Positions 10,050 to 18,432 of a stretch of 35,543 nucleotides of DNA are shown here, piece after piece; position 1 is the first letter of the stretch; every line of letters starts with the position of its first letter. This DNA comes from a virus. Both the position numbers and the translations under genes were made by a program. The notes under the pieces were generated by a model, which was given only the letters and a program-made list of their open reading frames with translations, had not been told where the DNA came from and did not search any database. The stretch lies in UHGV virus genome UHGV-0085052. The stretch is one strand, 5' to 3'.

Positions 10050-10727
10050 GTGCAAATAATGCAGTTTTTATTATTCGAGGTAATTATGAAAACCTTCTAT
10101 GAGGACTGGCCTGAAACTTTCGTTAGCCGGTTAGATATGTTACGAGCTCTGGATGATCGCGGCTCGACCCGGAGGCTCTATCTTGAGCGGACCGGAGCAA
10201 TATTTGACGCTCTGGCAGAAGAGATACGTACAGCCGTTGCCGGGCATCCTGAAATCGACGCGAGTGAACTTGATATCGGGCCGCTGTATCGCTATTACAA
10301 ACGTGGAGAAAAGGGGGATCCGCTGGCTGATTTACTTATTGAGTTAGCTCCACCAACCTGTGAACGGGTTCGTATATCTCCTGAAGTGTACACAATCCCG
10401 TATCTGTTTTTTGCACTGTTGATAGCGCAAGGCGCTGACAACGATGCTCGCGATTTTTTCAATATGATGATGCGACCGTTGATCATCGCCTACCGTTTCA
10501 AACAACTGGCGCGTTACCTTGGCACTAAGGGCGGAGGACGACCACAGCACAGATTAAAAAGCGAAGCCATTGAACTGGCTGATCGTTTTTTTACTGAAAA
10601 CCCGACAGCGCCATTATCGCGTGGTGTGCAATACATATCCGGTATTTTTGTGGCGAAATACTCTGACCCACCTGCAGCGTCGACGATTAGAAAATGGTTA
10701 ATTTCAATTTACAGGAGTGATAAATAA
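10050..10727 (+). CDS. Hypothetical protein (moron); probable start at the internal ATG near 10086 (MKTFYEDW...)
   Basis: ORF with RBS-like GAGG before the internal ATG; preceded by a terminator and AT-rich promoter-like DNA and followed by a hairpin; no family recognised. Confidence 0.4.
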   Translation: MQIMQFLLFEVIMKTFYEDWPETFVSRLDMLRALDDRGSTRRLYLERTGAIFDALAEEIRTAVAGHPEIDASELDIGPLYRYYKRGEKGDPLADLLIELAPPTCERVRISPEVYTIPYLFFALLIAQGADNDARDFFNMMMRPLIIAYRFKQLARYLGTKGGGRPQHRLKSEAIELADRFFTENPTAPLSRGVQYISGIFVAKYSDPPAASTIRKWLISIYRSDK

Positions 10728-10878
10728 TGACCATAAACGGTTTAATCCCCTATAAAACCGTTTAATAAAATTCACGACGTGAATATAATTGTTCATTATT
10801 CCCTCATTGTATCTGGCGTTATGACAAATGCCATAAAATACTGTATAAATATACAGGTAATGGCGTTAGGGGGAAGAC

Positions 10879-11058
10879 ATGAATATTCAAGAATCTATAG
10901 GCGAACTACCGGAAACATGCCGAGCTGTTATCAAGCGTAAGGACGGACACATCGTTGGTGTGCGTGTTCTGACTGATGATGAACGGATTGCCAGCCTGAT
11001 GGCGTTTCTCGAGTTGGCAGAAATAGCTGGATATACTATTACACCCCCTGACGCGTAA
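10879..11058 (+). CDS. Small hypothetical ORF (59 aa, below the track cutoff)
   Basis: ATG preceded by GGGGGAAG RBS-like sequence; translation MNIQESIGELPETCRAVIKRKDGHIVGVRVLTDDERIASLMAFLELAEIAGYTITPPDA; located by eye. Confidence 0.2.
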   Translation: MNIQESIGELPETCRAVIKRKDGHIVGVRVLTDDERIASLMAFLELAEIAGYTITPPDA

Positions 11059-11135
11059 AACACGGTATAATATCGGTGCTGGATTGAACACCCGGCACCA
11101 TTTTCTGAACACTGCCGCGCCACCTGGAGTTAACC

Positions 11136-11732
11136 ATGGCGCAGCATTCATTTATCAGGGTATCCGGCGGTTCGCTAATACCCGCGACACCAGACACGCA
11201 ACGCTGGTTGACTGAACGAGTCAAACCAGGTGCTGTTGTGTATGCAGATTTCAAACAGGCGCGTAATCCCGCGTTTCATCGTAAATTTTTCTCACTTCTA
11301 AACCTGGGCTTTGATTACTGGCATCCGTCCGGAGGGGCTATTTCTCCTACGGAGCGCGAACTGGTCCATGGCTACGTTAAGTTACTGGCGTATTACGGTG
11401 GACACGGTGATGTCATGGCAGAGCTGGCTGATCAGTATCTTCTCGATGAGTCGGAAAAGCGCGCGGGGAATATCAGTGCGGTTAAGTCGTTCGAGGCGTT
11501 TCGCGCATGGGCGATTATGGAAGCTGGGTTTTATGACGTTCATCAGATGCCAGACGGCAGTTTGATGCGCGTACCTCGTTCAATCTCGTTTGCTGCGATG
11601 GACGATCTTGAGTTCGGTCAACTGTATTCAGCCGTTTTAGATGTGCTGTGGAATTATATTTTGTTCCGCACGTTTGCCTCTCAGGAGGCCGCTGAAAATG
11701 CTGCCGCGCAGCTGCTGGATTACACATCATGA
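11136..11732 (+). CDS. DUF1367-family lambdoid phage protein
   Basis: Sequence and position (immediately upstream of YbcO-like and Q-like genes) match the conserved DUF1367/YbcO/Q block of enterobacterial lambdoid prophages. Confidence 0.55.
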   Translation: MAQHSFIRVSGGSLIPATPDTQRWLTERVKPGAVVYADFKQARNPAFHRKFFSLLNLGFDYWHPSGGAISPTERELVHGYVKLLAYYGGHGDVMAELADQYLLDESEKRAGNISAVKSFEAFRAWAIMEAGFYDVHQMPDGSLMRVPRSISFAAMDDLEFGQLYSAVLDVLWNYILFRTFASQEAAENAAAQLLDYTS

Positions 11733-12022
11733 AAAAAATCGACCTGAGAAAAGCTGCACGTGGTCGCGCTTGTACTGTGCGTATCCCCGGTGTGTGCAAT
11801 CACAATCCTGAAACCAGCTTACTGGCTCATTATCGTCTCGCCGGAACGTGCGGCACAGCCATCAAACCTCACGATATGCAGGGCGCTATCGCCTGTAGTG
11901 CGTGTCACGATGCTATCGACGGACGTACAAAAACGGATTACGAGTACGACTCATTGTTGTTGATGCACGCTGAGGGAGTTTTAAGAACACTGGCTATCTG
12001 GCGCGATGAGGAGTTTATCTGA
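11729..12022 (+). CDS. YbcO-like (DUF1364) putative nuclease
   Basis: 97 aa, KAARGRACTVRIPGVCNHNPETSLLAHYRL with a Cys/His cluster resembling DLP12 YbcO; start overlaps the upstream stop. Confidence 0.55.
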   Translation: MKKIDLRKAARGRACTVRIPGVCNHNPETSLLAHYRLAGTCGTAIKPHDMQGAIACSACHDAIDGRTKTDYEYDSLLLMHAEGVLRTLAIWRDEEFI

Positions 12023-12693
12023 TGAGTAACGAGTATTTATTGGAATATACCCGCATAAAACTGCGCGCTGCATTACGGGATTTGTCTGGTGGTTCTAAGG
12101 GGCAACTGGAAGCATTGTGTGAGCACCCGCCAGCAGATAAAAACGCATACCCACGCAAACATATTCATCGTGTGCAACTGGAGGACCGGACCGTTGATGC
12201 TCTGGTTACGCCAGTTTATGCCCTGGAAAGTTTCAGCAGACGTCGTCCCGCGCCGCCGATGAATGATTTTGAATTCGCTGATTCATCGTGGCGCCGCGCC
12301 GTGAATTCGCTCGACGTTAGCCAGCAGGCGTGGTTGCGCTATTGCTACGGTGGTCACCTGGCGTTCAAACACCAAACAGCTATTTGTGAGGCTGTCTGGA
12401 TTCGCTATAAAGGACACATCCCCGCGTCAACTCAGAGAAAAGTAGCTAAGCGCCTGCTTTCGTTGGTATGGTTGTCCGTGCAGGCGGTTGCAGCAGCAAA
12501 TAAACGCGAGGATTTTAAGGAGATGGCTGGATCTGCGCTAGCTGGAATGTTGTCTGTTTCTCGTTCCACCTGGTGCGAAACATACTCCCCGCACTGGGAA
12601 GGAATGAAAGAGGCGGTGAGAGCACTTGATGAAGTGGCACTTTTTGCAACTTTGCATCATTATCAGAACCATTTAGACGACGTTTGCGTATAA
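12022..12693 (+). CDS. Late-gene antiterminator Q-like protein
   Basis: 223 aa; position directly upstream of a promoter/terminator pair and the lysis cassette; resembles the Q-family antiterminators of Gifsy/DLP12-type prophages. Confidence 0.55.
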   Translation: MSNEYLLEYTRIKLRAALRDLSGGSKGQLEALCEHPPADKNAYPRKHIHRVQLEDRTVDALVTPVYALESFSRRRPAPPMNDFEFADSSWRRAVNSLDVSQQAWLRYCYGGHLAFKHQTAICEAVWIRYKGHIPASTQRKVAKRLLSLVWLSVQAVAAANKREDFKEMAGSALAGMLSVSRSTWCETYSPHWEGMKEAVRALDEVALFATLHHYQNHLDDVCV

Positions 12694-12762
12694 TGCTTGC
12701 AAAACCGAACAAAATAGGCCATATTTAACGCTAATTTGGTATGTTGCCAAATTTCTAAGAAC
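12685..12762 (+). promoter_or_regulatory. Putative late promoter region (pR'-like, with TATAAT at ~12689-12694 and TTGCAA at ~12697-12702)
   Basis: Promoter-like hexamers between Q and the holin gene; exact -35/-10 pairing is uncertain. Confidence 0.3.
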
Positions 12763-12792
12763 CTCGCCACGGCGGGGTTTTGTCGTTTCTGA
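12763..12792 (+). terminator. tR'-like intrinsic terminator downstream of Q
   Basis: CCTCGC-CACG-GCGGGG stem followed by TTTTGTCGTTTCT, seen directly. Confidence 0.5.
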
Positions 12793-12805
12793 ATCAGGAA
12801 AAATC

Positions 12806-13189
12806 ATGTCTGAACCTCTAACCGCTGGCGTTGCTGCTGGCTCGGCGGGGGTGACGTTTGCTGCGTTATTTCCTGAGGCAACACCTGCAGTGATGATCTG
12901 TGCGCTGGCAGGCGCAGCTCTCTATGTGTTGTCGTCCGGGCAGCATCGATTCTGGAAGCAGGTTATTTTCGCACTCATTTCGTTTGTTGGCGGTGTGTAT
13001 TGCGCTGAGACAGCGTCAGCCATCATTACCGGTATTCTGAATGCGGTGCTGAGTCACCTGAACCCTCCCGTAACAGTAAAAGTCTCTCCCGCCATTGGTG
13101 CACTGGTTGCATCAGTAATCAGCGTTACATCACTGTTGCGGATCATGTCACAAGCTCGTTTATGGAAATCAGATAAGGGGATGAAATAA
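12806..13189 (+). CDS. Putative holin (multi-pass membrane protein)
   Basis: 127 aa with several hydrophobic helices, first gene of the lysis cassette, RBS GGAAAAATC before the ATG. Confidence 0.5.
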   Translation: MSEPLTAGVAAGSAGVTFAALFPEATPAVMICALAGAALYVLSSGQHRFWKQVIFALISFVGGVYCAETASAIITGILNAVLSHLNPPVTVKVSPAIGALVASVISVTSLLRIMSQARLWKSDKGMK

Positions 13190-13461
13190 TGACCCTGCAC
13201 TCTGTCCTCATCAATGCCAATGCAATTATCTGTCTGATGCTGGCACTACGGTTGATGTTTTTTCAAAAAACAGGCCGCTATCGTTTTTTTATCTCACTAA
13301 CTGCTTACCTCGCGATTCTGTCTGCTGCGTGGATAGCCCTACGAATTTTTTACGGGAAATATACACAGGTTGATCCCGCAGAGTTTTTTCTCAACCTCAC
13401 CATCTGTATTGCTGTCTGGCGGGCACGAGGAAATATTTCAAAAATAACAGGAGACAGGTAA
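13189..13461 (+). CDS. Second small membrane protein of the lysis cassette (holin/antiholin-like)
   Basis: 90 aa with 2-3 predicted TM helices; start overlaps the upstream stop (ATGA). Confidence 0.45.
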   Translation: MTLHSVLINANAIICLMLALRLMFFQKTGRYRFFISLTAYLAILSAAWIALRIFYGKYTQVDPAEFFLNLTICIAVWRARGNISKITGDR

Positions 13462-13940
13462 TGACCGATCCTAAATGGCTAATTGAGGCACGAAAAAATC
13501 TCGGCATTCGGGAAATGAAAGGGAAGCAACATGCTGCAGAAATTGTGCAGTACTGGAAAGATATCAAACGCGGCGGCATTAAGGATGATGAAACCCCGTG
13601 GTGCGCTGCCTTCACCGGAGCAATGCTGGAACGTGTAGGTATTCGCTCAACGCGTTTTGAGTCTGCGAATTCTTATCTCGATTGGGGTAATGAACTGAAG
13701 GAACCCGCCTATGGATGCATTGCTATTCTGTCTCGGTCTGGCGGTGGTCACGTTGGCTTTGTTGTCGGGAAAAATGCCGCCGGGGATTTAATGATTTTGG
13801 GTGGTAACCAGGCAGATGAAGTAAATATCAAAGCTTTTCCTCGTTCCCGCGTAACAGGCTACCGCTGGCCAGCAGGCCAAACTGATGTTCCACAATCACT
13901 TCCATTCGTGAATGCTGAGAAATCTATCTCAGAAGCGTAG
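13461..13940 (+). CDS. Endolysin, peptidase type (NlpC/P60- or CHAP-like)
   Basis: 159 aa; conserved Cys (ETPWCAAF) and His (GGGHVGFVV) resembling a cysteine-peptidase catalytic pair; position after the holins. Confidence 0.55.
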   Translation: MTDPKWLIEARKNLGIREMKGKQHAAEIVQYWKDIKRGGIKDDETPWCAAFTGAMLERVGIRSTRFESANSYLDWGNELKEPAYGCIAILSRSGGGHVGFVVGKNAAGDLMILGGNQADEVNIKAFPRSRVTGYRWPAGQTDVPQSLPFVNAEKSISEA

Positions 13941-13947
13941 GTAAAAC

Positions 13948-14142
13948 GTGAAAAAACTTCTCTTAGCTGTCGCGTTCTTCACGCTGGCAGGCTGCACACA
14001 TTCGACATACACCGAAGCGACTCGCGCTGACGACAGCAGTATTAAACACGTGACGATCGCGCCGGGTACGAAGACTACAACAGCGAACGGTGGTTGTATT
14101 GATTCAACCGGGGCAGTGGCTTCATGCCCCGTTGGAAAATAG
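13948..14142 (+). CDS. Small lipoprotein (possible Rz1/o-spanin-like or other lysis-associated lipoprotein)
   Basis: 64 aa with signal peptide and lipobox (FTLAGC); directly follows the endolysin; no partner i-spanin ORF found. Confidence 0.4.
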   Translation: MKKLLLAVAFFTLAGCTHSTYTEATRADDSSIKHVTIAPGTKTTTANGGCIDSTGAVASCPVGK

Positions 14143-14280
14143 GGTAATTTATCTTAATGAATTGACGATTGGTCATTTGGCCCAGGCAACCTGACCACAC
14201 AAAGGTGCTAAAGACAGAATCATAAATATGACATATTTTTAAATGCCGATTTAACTGGGTATTTTTTAATAGGAAATTAT

Positions 14281-14559
14281 ATGTCACAGTTTTTGTTCGT
14301 TGGTGGGCCTTTTCACGGTCGTGTTGAAGACATTTATTCTAATTCCGCTATTGAACCCGTAGGTAGCACGGAGTTAAGGGTTTCTGTGGAGGATGAGGTA
14401 GTAATTTATGAACGCTCCGATTTTAGTCGATGGAATGGACCGCATTATCGCGTTGCAGTTGCAAATGGCGCGAGTGAGTTAATTCCTCAGACTATCGACG
14501 AGATGAATTATCACACATCTAAAATTTCTCCTATTTCGAAAGTTACTAGCACTGACTAA
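14281..14559 (+). CDS. Hypothetical protein (92 aa)
   Basis: ORF with AGGAAAT RBS-like sequence upstream; no recognisable domain. Confidence 0.3.
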   Translation: MSQFLFVGGPFHGRVEDIYSNSAIEPVGSTELRVSVEDEVVIYERSDFSRWNGPHYRVAVANGASELIPQTIDEMNYHTSKISPISKVTSTD

Positions 14560-14897
14560 TAGCCCGGATAGTGACCTTCAAAGATGTGCACGGGATGTTT
14601 TGTACGAGCATATTCAGCAAGGATTTTGTTTGTTAAAGGTGTCTTGAGTGTTGTTGGCTCTTTTAATAGATCGATGGCATCAAGACGCCTTAGTGCATCG
14701 CCCTTCAGATAATTTATCGTAATGGTTGTGATTAAAAAATCACCGCAAAAACCACTGCAATGAATTTTCCAGCACGTATCGTGATTTGTCCATGTGGCAT
14801 CAGAGCCGCATACAGGGCAATTTTTTGATTCCTGCATACCAATAACCATAGAGCATTTCTCTTCATTGAATGTTCGAGTTAAAAGCATAGACGACAT
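14556..14897 (-). CDS. Cysteine-rich hypothetical protein (zinc-ribbon-like CPVCG...C..HC..FCG), antisense to the late operon
   Basis: 113-aa ORF convergent with the previous gene; Cys cluster suggests metal binding. Confidence 0.35.
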   Translation of the reverse strand: MSSMLLTRTFNEEKCSMVIGMQESKNCPVCGSDATWTNHDTCWKIHCSGFCGDFLITTITINYLKGDALRRLDAIDLLKEPTTLKTPLTNKILAEYARTKHPVHIFEGHYPGY

Positions 14898-14928
14898 CTG
14901 GGCACCATGAGAATACAGTAGGATTTAA

Positions 14929-15099
14929 TTACATGAGCTAACCGGGACTGGGCTTGAGCTTCAGAAGCGATTCCTGTCCGAGTACGTCAAATCATGTGTA
15001 TCACCGAAAGAATGGTGTGACGCGCAGGGACTGAGCTTCGCAACAGCTCGCCGACGTATAAAAAACAACTGCGCAATGTGCCAAAGAGCTGGTGGCTGA
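14929..15099 (+). pseudogene. Possible remnant of an HTH-type small terminase subunit N-terminus (no start codon)
   Basis: Open frame translating to LHELTGTGLELQKRFLSEYVKSCVSPKEWCDAQGLSFATARRRIKNN with no ATG/GTG/TTG start; faint resemblance to the N-terminal HTH of small terminase subunits; located by eye. Confidence 0.2.
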
Positions 15100-15165
15100 T
15101 GAAAGAGACGCTTTACTTAAACGAGAGGCCGCCTTTTTGTTTTAAGGCGGCACACATTCAACAGG

Positions 15166-15411
15166 TTAAGGTAACCGATTTGACCATTTAGTTGCGCGCC
15201 AGTTGTTCTGAATCATAATCTCCTCAAGTATCTCATCTGAAGGCTCTGCTTCGCCGCTTAACCATTCTCTTAAAGTTGGACAATGTAGGTAAGAGGAGTT
15301 CGCACGATAAAAAGATACGATGGCGTCCTCTGATAATTTCTCAGGAAATTTTTTGGGGTCAGCTTCTTTTAATATTACGCTCATTAAGGCTTCGATTTTT
15401 TCTTTGTTCAT
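15166..15411 (-). CDS. Hypothetical acidic protein (81 aa), antisense to the late operon
   Basis: ORF in the track; no recognisable domain. Confidence 0.3.
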   Translation of the reverse strand: MNKEKIEALMSVILKEADPKKFPEKLSEDAIVSFYRANSSYLHCPTLREWLSGEAEPSDEILEEIMIQNNWRATKWSNRLP

Positions 15412-15639
15412 TTTTTTGTGTGCTCATGGTTGTTGATTTTCTGTAAGAATATCAATAAGTTCAAGATATATACACATAGGGAAAACTTTGTTCGGTAGTC
15501 TATCGATACAGCGGAAAAGGATGGCTCGCTGCCAAAGTGAAAGCTTACGCTGATAATCAGATACACAAAGCTGAGGTATGCAAACAAGTACGTCGCGAGG
15601 CTACAGTTGAGTTTGATGAACCTGATGCGAGCCCCCAAT

Positions 15640-15780
15640 TCCTGTCCTGAAAGGGAGATAGCCCCCCCTGGTCGCGGGTCCTTTCCGAAATCCAAAACAC
15701 CGAGGGTCGGTAGACGCGCAAAAACTCGCTCATTTTTAGTATTTTTTCATTTTGGGTATTTCCGGTTCCGGTGAGGATTT
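15640..15780 (+). promoter_or_regulatory. Putative cos region (cosN/cosB-like) upstream of Nu1-like gene
   Basis: TGGTCGCGGGTCC and TTTCCGGTTCCGG elements resemble the lambda cos neighbourhood (GACCTCGCGGGTTTTCGC...TTTTCCGGTTT); identity of the nick site not determinable by eye. Confidence 0.25.
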
Positions 15781-15783
15781 TTA

Positions 15784-16350
15784 ATGGCAAGTCAGGCTGA
15801 GGTCGCAGCACATTTATTGCTATCAGATCGTCGGCTTCGCGATCTCGCAAAACTTCCAGGAGCACCAGTCCCACAAGGACGTGGTGATTGGGAGCTAGAC
15901 GCCTGGCGCCATTTCTATATTCATTATCTCCGGAGTAATAGACGCGACACAGTTGGTACTGACGAACCGGAAGTGGGGGACAATTCTCCCGAAAAAAGTC
16001 GCGAGCAGTGGCTGAAAAATGAGGAACGACAGGAGCGAATCCTGATGGCACGAGTAAAACGCCGCATTCTCGCTAAACGTTACGCACCAATTGAATTAAT
16101 CAGCGTCGCTGTATCTCGCGTCGCCGTTGAATTACGTACCCGCGTCGAGTCGTGGCCACCACGATTGAAAAAGGTGTGGCCTGAAATGCCGCAGGAGGCG
16201 AGCAGTGTTTTACGAGAGGAGCTGGCGATAGCCCTGAATGAACTGGCAGACATACGAGTCGACTTCAGCGATTACGATGTTAGCGATATCGAACACGATC
16301 TCGACAGGGTTGAATCCCTTGCGCGTGACGATACCGATGACGGGGGTTGA
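15784..16350 (+). CDS. Terminase small subunit, lambda Nu1-like
   Basis: N-terminus (AHLLLSDRRLRDLAKLPGAPVPQGRGDWELDAW) aligns with lambda Nu1 (ADIFGASIRTIQNWQEQGMPVLRGGGKGNEVLYDSAAV); immediately upstream of and overlapping gpA-like gene. Confidence 0.6.
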   Translation: MASQAEVAAHLLLSDRRLRDLAKLPGAPVPQGRGDWELDAWRHFYIHYLRSNRRDTVGTDEPEVGDNSPEKSREQWLKNEERQERILMARVKRRILAKRYAPIELISVAVSRVAVELRTRVESWPPRLKKVWPEMPQEASSVLREELAIALNELADIRVDFSDYDVSDIEHDLDRVESLARDDTDDGG

Positions 16351-18202
16351 GTGGGCTGATAAATATTTTTACCTCCCTGAGGGCTCCAGTCACATCGCTG
16401 GCCACTGGACGACTCAACCGGTCCAAGTAGTGATGCTCAATATGATGACTAACGACGCGATAAAAATCGTGTCTGTTCGCAAATCAGCTCGTCTCGGTTA
16501 TACAAAAATACTTGTCGCGGCGCTGCTCTATTTCGCTGAGCACAAAAAACGTAGTGCCGTGGTCTATCAGCCTATCGATGACGAATCGGATGGATTTGTT
16601 GCTGACGAGGTTGACCCCGCTATCGCCGAAATGCCGGTGATTCAGAAAATTTTCCCCGACTGGGATAAAAGCAACGAGCGTAACAATCTCCAGCGTAAAG
16701 AGATGAGCGGCGCAATTATTGATTTTCGCGGTGCGAGTACACCGGGTAATTTTCGTCGACTGACAAAACAGGTTGTTGAAGGCGATGAGGTTGACGGCTG
16801 GCCGCTGGAAGTAGCAAAAAAAGGTAAAGGAGAGGGCTCGCCAATTGAACTTGCGCTCGTTCGAATTAAAGGCGCAGCGTACCCGAAGGCAATTTTCGGC
16901 TCGACGCCAACAGTTACCGGGAAAAGTCATATTGAAATGCTGGAAGACGCTGCCGATCTGACGTTTCGTTTTTACCTGAAATGCCCGCATTGTGGCGAGG
17001 AGCAGGTTCTGGTATTTGGTTTCGACGGCATCGGATACGGCCTCAAATGGGATAACAACTTACAGACCAACGAGGCGAAATCGTCGTCCGCATATTACCA
17101 GTGTTGCCACTGCCCGGAGCATTTTTACTATCGCGATCTCGAAAAAATGGAACTCTCGGGGCGCTGGATAGCCGAGGACTGCACCTGGACGCGGGACGGT
17201 ATTCATTTTTTTGATCACGACGGAGGTGTCGTTCGCGCGCCGAAACACGCGGCGATCGTGATAAACGCCCTGTATTCACTGAATCTCGACGGCTGGGGAG
17301 AGATTGTCAGCGAGTGGCTGAAAGCGAAAGGCGACCCACTCAAAGAAAAAACGTTTCATAACACGACGCTCGGCGAGCTCTGGAGCGACGTGGCCAGCGA
17401 GCAGCTGGAGCACGATATTCTCGTTAATCGCCGGGAAAAATATGCCAGCCAGGTTCCTGATGGTGTTGTTTATCTAACCGGCGGCACCGACTCTCAGACG
17501 TCCGGGCGCTACGAGTGTTACGTGTGGGGCTGGGGAGCAGAGGAAGAGTGCTGGCTGATTGATAAAACAATCGTCCTCGGTCGCTACGACGAGGAGGACA
17601 CACTGCAGCGCGTCGATGGTGTCATTCGCAAACAATACCGGCGCAGCGACGGGACCACAATCGGCGTCAGTCGCTGGGCGTGGGATACCGGCGGTATAGA
17701 TGCGCAGGTCGTTTATAACCGCTCGCTGAAACTCGGTCCGCTGTGGGTCATTCCAATTAAAGGCGCGAGCTCATACGGTCAGCCGGTCGTAAATATGCCG
17801 CGGACACGTAACGCGAATAAAGTTTATTTGTCGTTAATCGGTACTGACACAGCAAAAGATTTGCTCGCAATGCGCCTGCCGCTGGAACCCGACTCCAAAT
17901 CGGCGACAGCAGGCGCGATTCATTTTCCCCACGACGACGAAATATTCGGCACGACAGAGGCAAAGCAGCTCGTCTCCGAGGTTCTGATCCCGAAGTTGAT
18001 TAACGGTCGCGTCGTTTACCGCTGGGACAACCAGGGGCGGCGAAATGAGGCGCTCGACTGCTGGGTATACGGGTTGGCAGCGCTCCGTATCAGTAAAATT
18101 CGTTTCCAGCTCAATCTCGAGACGCTCGCTGAGCAACGGAAAAAATCACAAAACAAACTGTCTCTCGAGGAGATGGCCAGAATGCTCGGAGGGAGCTCAT
18201 GA
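16238..18202 (+). CDS. Terminase large subunit, lambda gpA-like (start could alternatively be the internal ATG near 16337)
   Basis: Extended collinear similarity to lambda gpA (VEWADKYFYLP, VRKSARLGYTKIL, ACPHCGEEQ, GLKW, TTLGE, IPIKGAS.YG.PV, RNEALDC.VY.LAALRIS). Confidence 0.9.
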   Translation: MNWQTYESTSAITMLAISNTISTGLNPLRVTIPMTGVEWADKYFYLPEGSSHIAGHWTTQPVQVVMLNMMTNDAIKIVSVRKSARLGYTKILVAALLYFAEHKKRSAVVYQPIDDESDGFVADEVDPAIAEMPVIQKIFPDWDKSNERNNLQRKEMSGAIIDFRGASTPGNFRRLTKQVVEGDEVDGWPLEVAKKGKGEGSPIELALVRIKGAAYPKAIFGSTPTVTGKSHIEMLEDAADLTFRFYLKCPHCGEEQVLVFGFDGIGYGLKWDNNLQTNEAKSSSAYYQCCHCPEHFYYRDLEKMELSGRWIAEDCTWTRDGIHFFDHDGGVVRAPKHAAIVINALYSLNLDGWGEIVSEWLKAKGDPLKEKTFHNTTLGELWSDVASEQLEHDILVNRREKYASQVPDGVVYLTGGTDSQTSGRYECYVWGWGAEEECWLIDKTIVLGRYDEEDTLQRVDGVIRKQYRRSDGTTIGVSRWAWDTGGIDAQVVYNRSLKLGPLWVIPIKGASSYGQPVVNMPRTRNANKVYLSLIGTDTAKDLLAMRLPLEPDSKSATAGAIHFPHDDEIFGTTEAKQLVSEVLIPKLINGRVVYRWDNQGRRNEALDCWVYGLAALRISKIRFQLNLETLAEQRKKSQNKLSLEEMARMLGGSS

Positions 18203-18432
18203 CGTCGCGCGAGGTTTTAACAGAACGGCTGCTGGAAGCGGAAATCGCTCTGCACAAATTATTAACGGGTAAATCGACCGTGTCGCTGTCTCACGGTGAT
18301 TCAGCGGGAAATAACCGGAGCTATCAATACTCACAGGCGAGTATTGAGCAGCTCCGAACGTACATTATCGAGCTGAAATCACAGCTCGGTCTGAGTACGG
18401 GACGCCGCCGTCCCGTGGGAGTTCGATTATGA
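18199..18432 (+). CDS. Head-tail joining protein, lambda gpW-like
   Basis: 77 aa; LLEAEIALHKLLTGKSTVSL...QLRTYIIELKSQ resembles lambda gpW; overlaps neighbours by 4 bp. Confidence 0.75.
   Translation: MTSREVLTERLLEAEIALHKLLTGKSTVSLSHGDSAGNNRSYQYSQASIEQLRTYIIELKSQLGLSTGRRRPVGVRL

Noticed and set aside
14556-15411. Possibility that the two antisense small ORFs form a toxin-antitoxin pair
   Set aside because: They are separated by ~270 bp, not overlapping or tightly coupled, and neither resembles known TA families; kept only as moron genes.
15408-16051. Minus-strand ORFs (95 and 164 aa) overlapping the putative cos region and the Nu1-like gene
   Set aside because: Overlap the small terminase gene in antisense and a region expected to be regulatory; no RBS or recognisable domains.
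16484-18136. Several minus-strand ORFs inside the large terminase gene
   Set aside because: All are antisense to a gene with strong lambda gpA similarity; treated as spurious.
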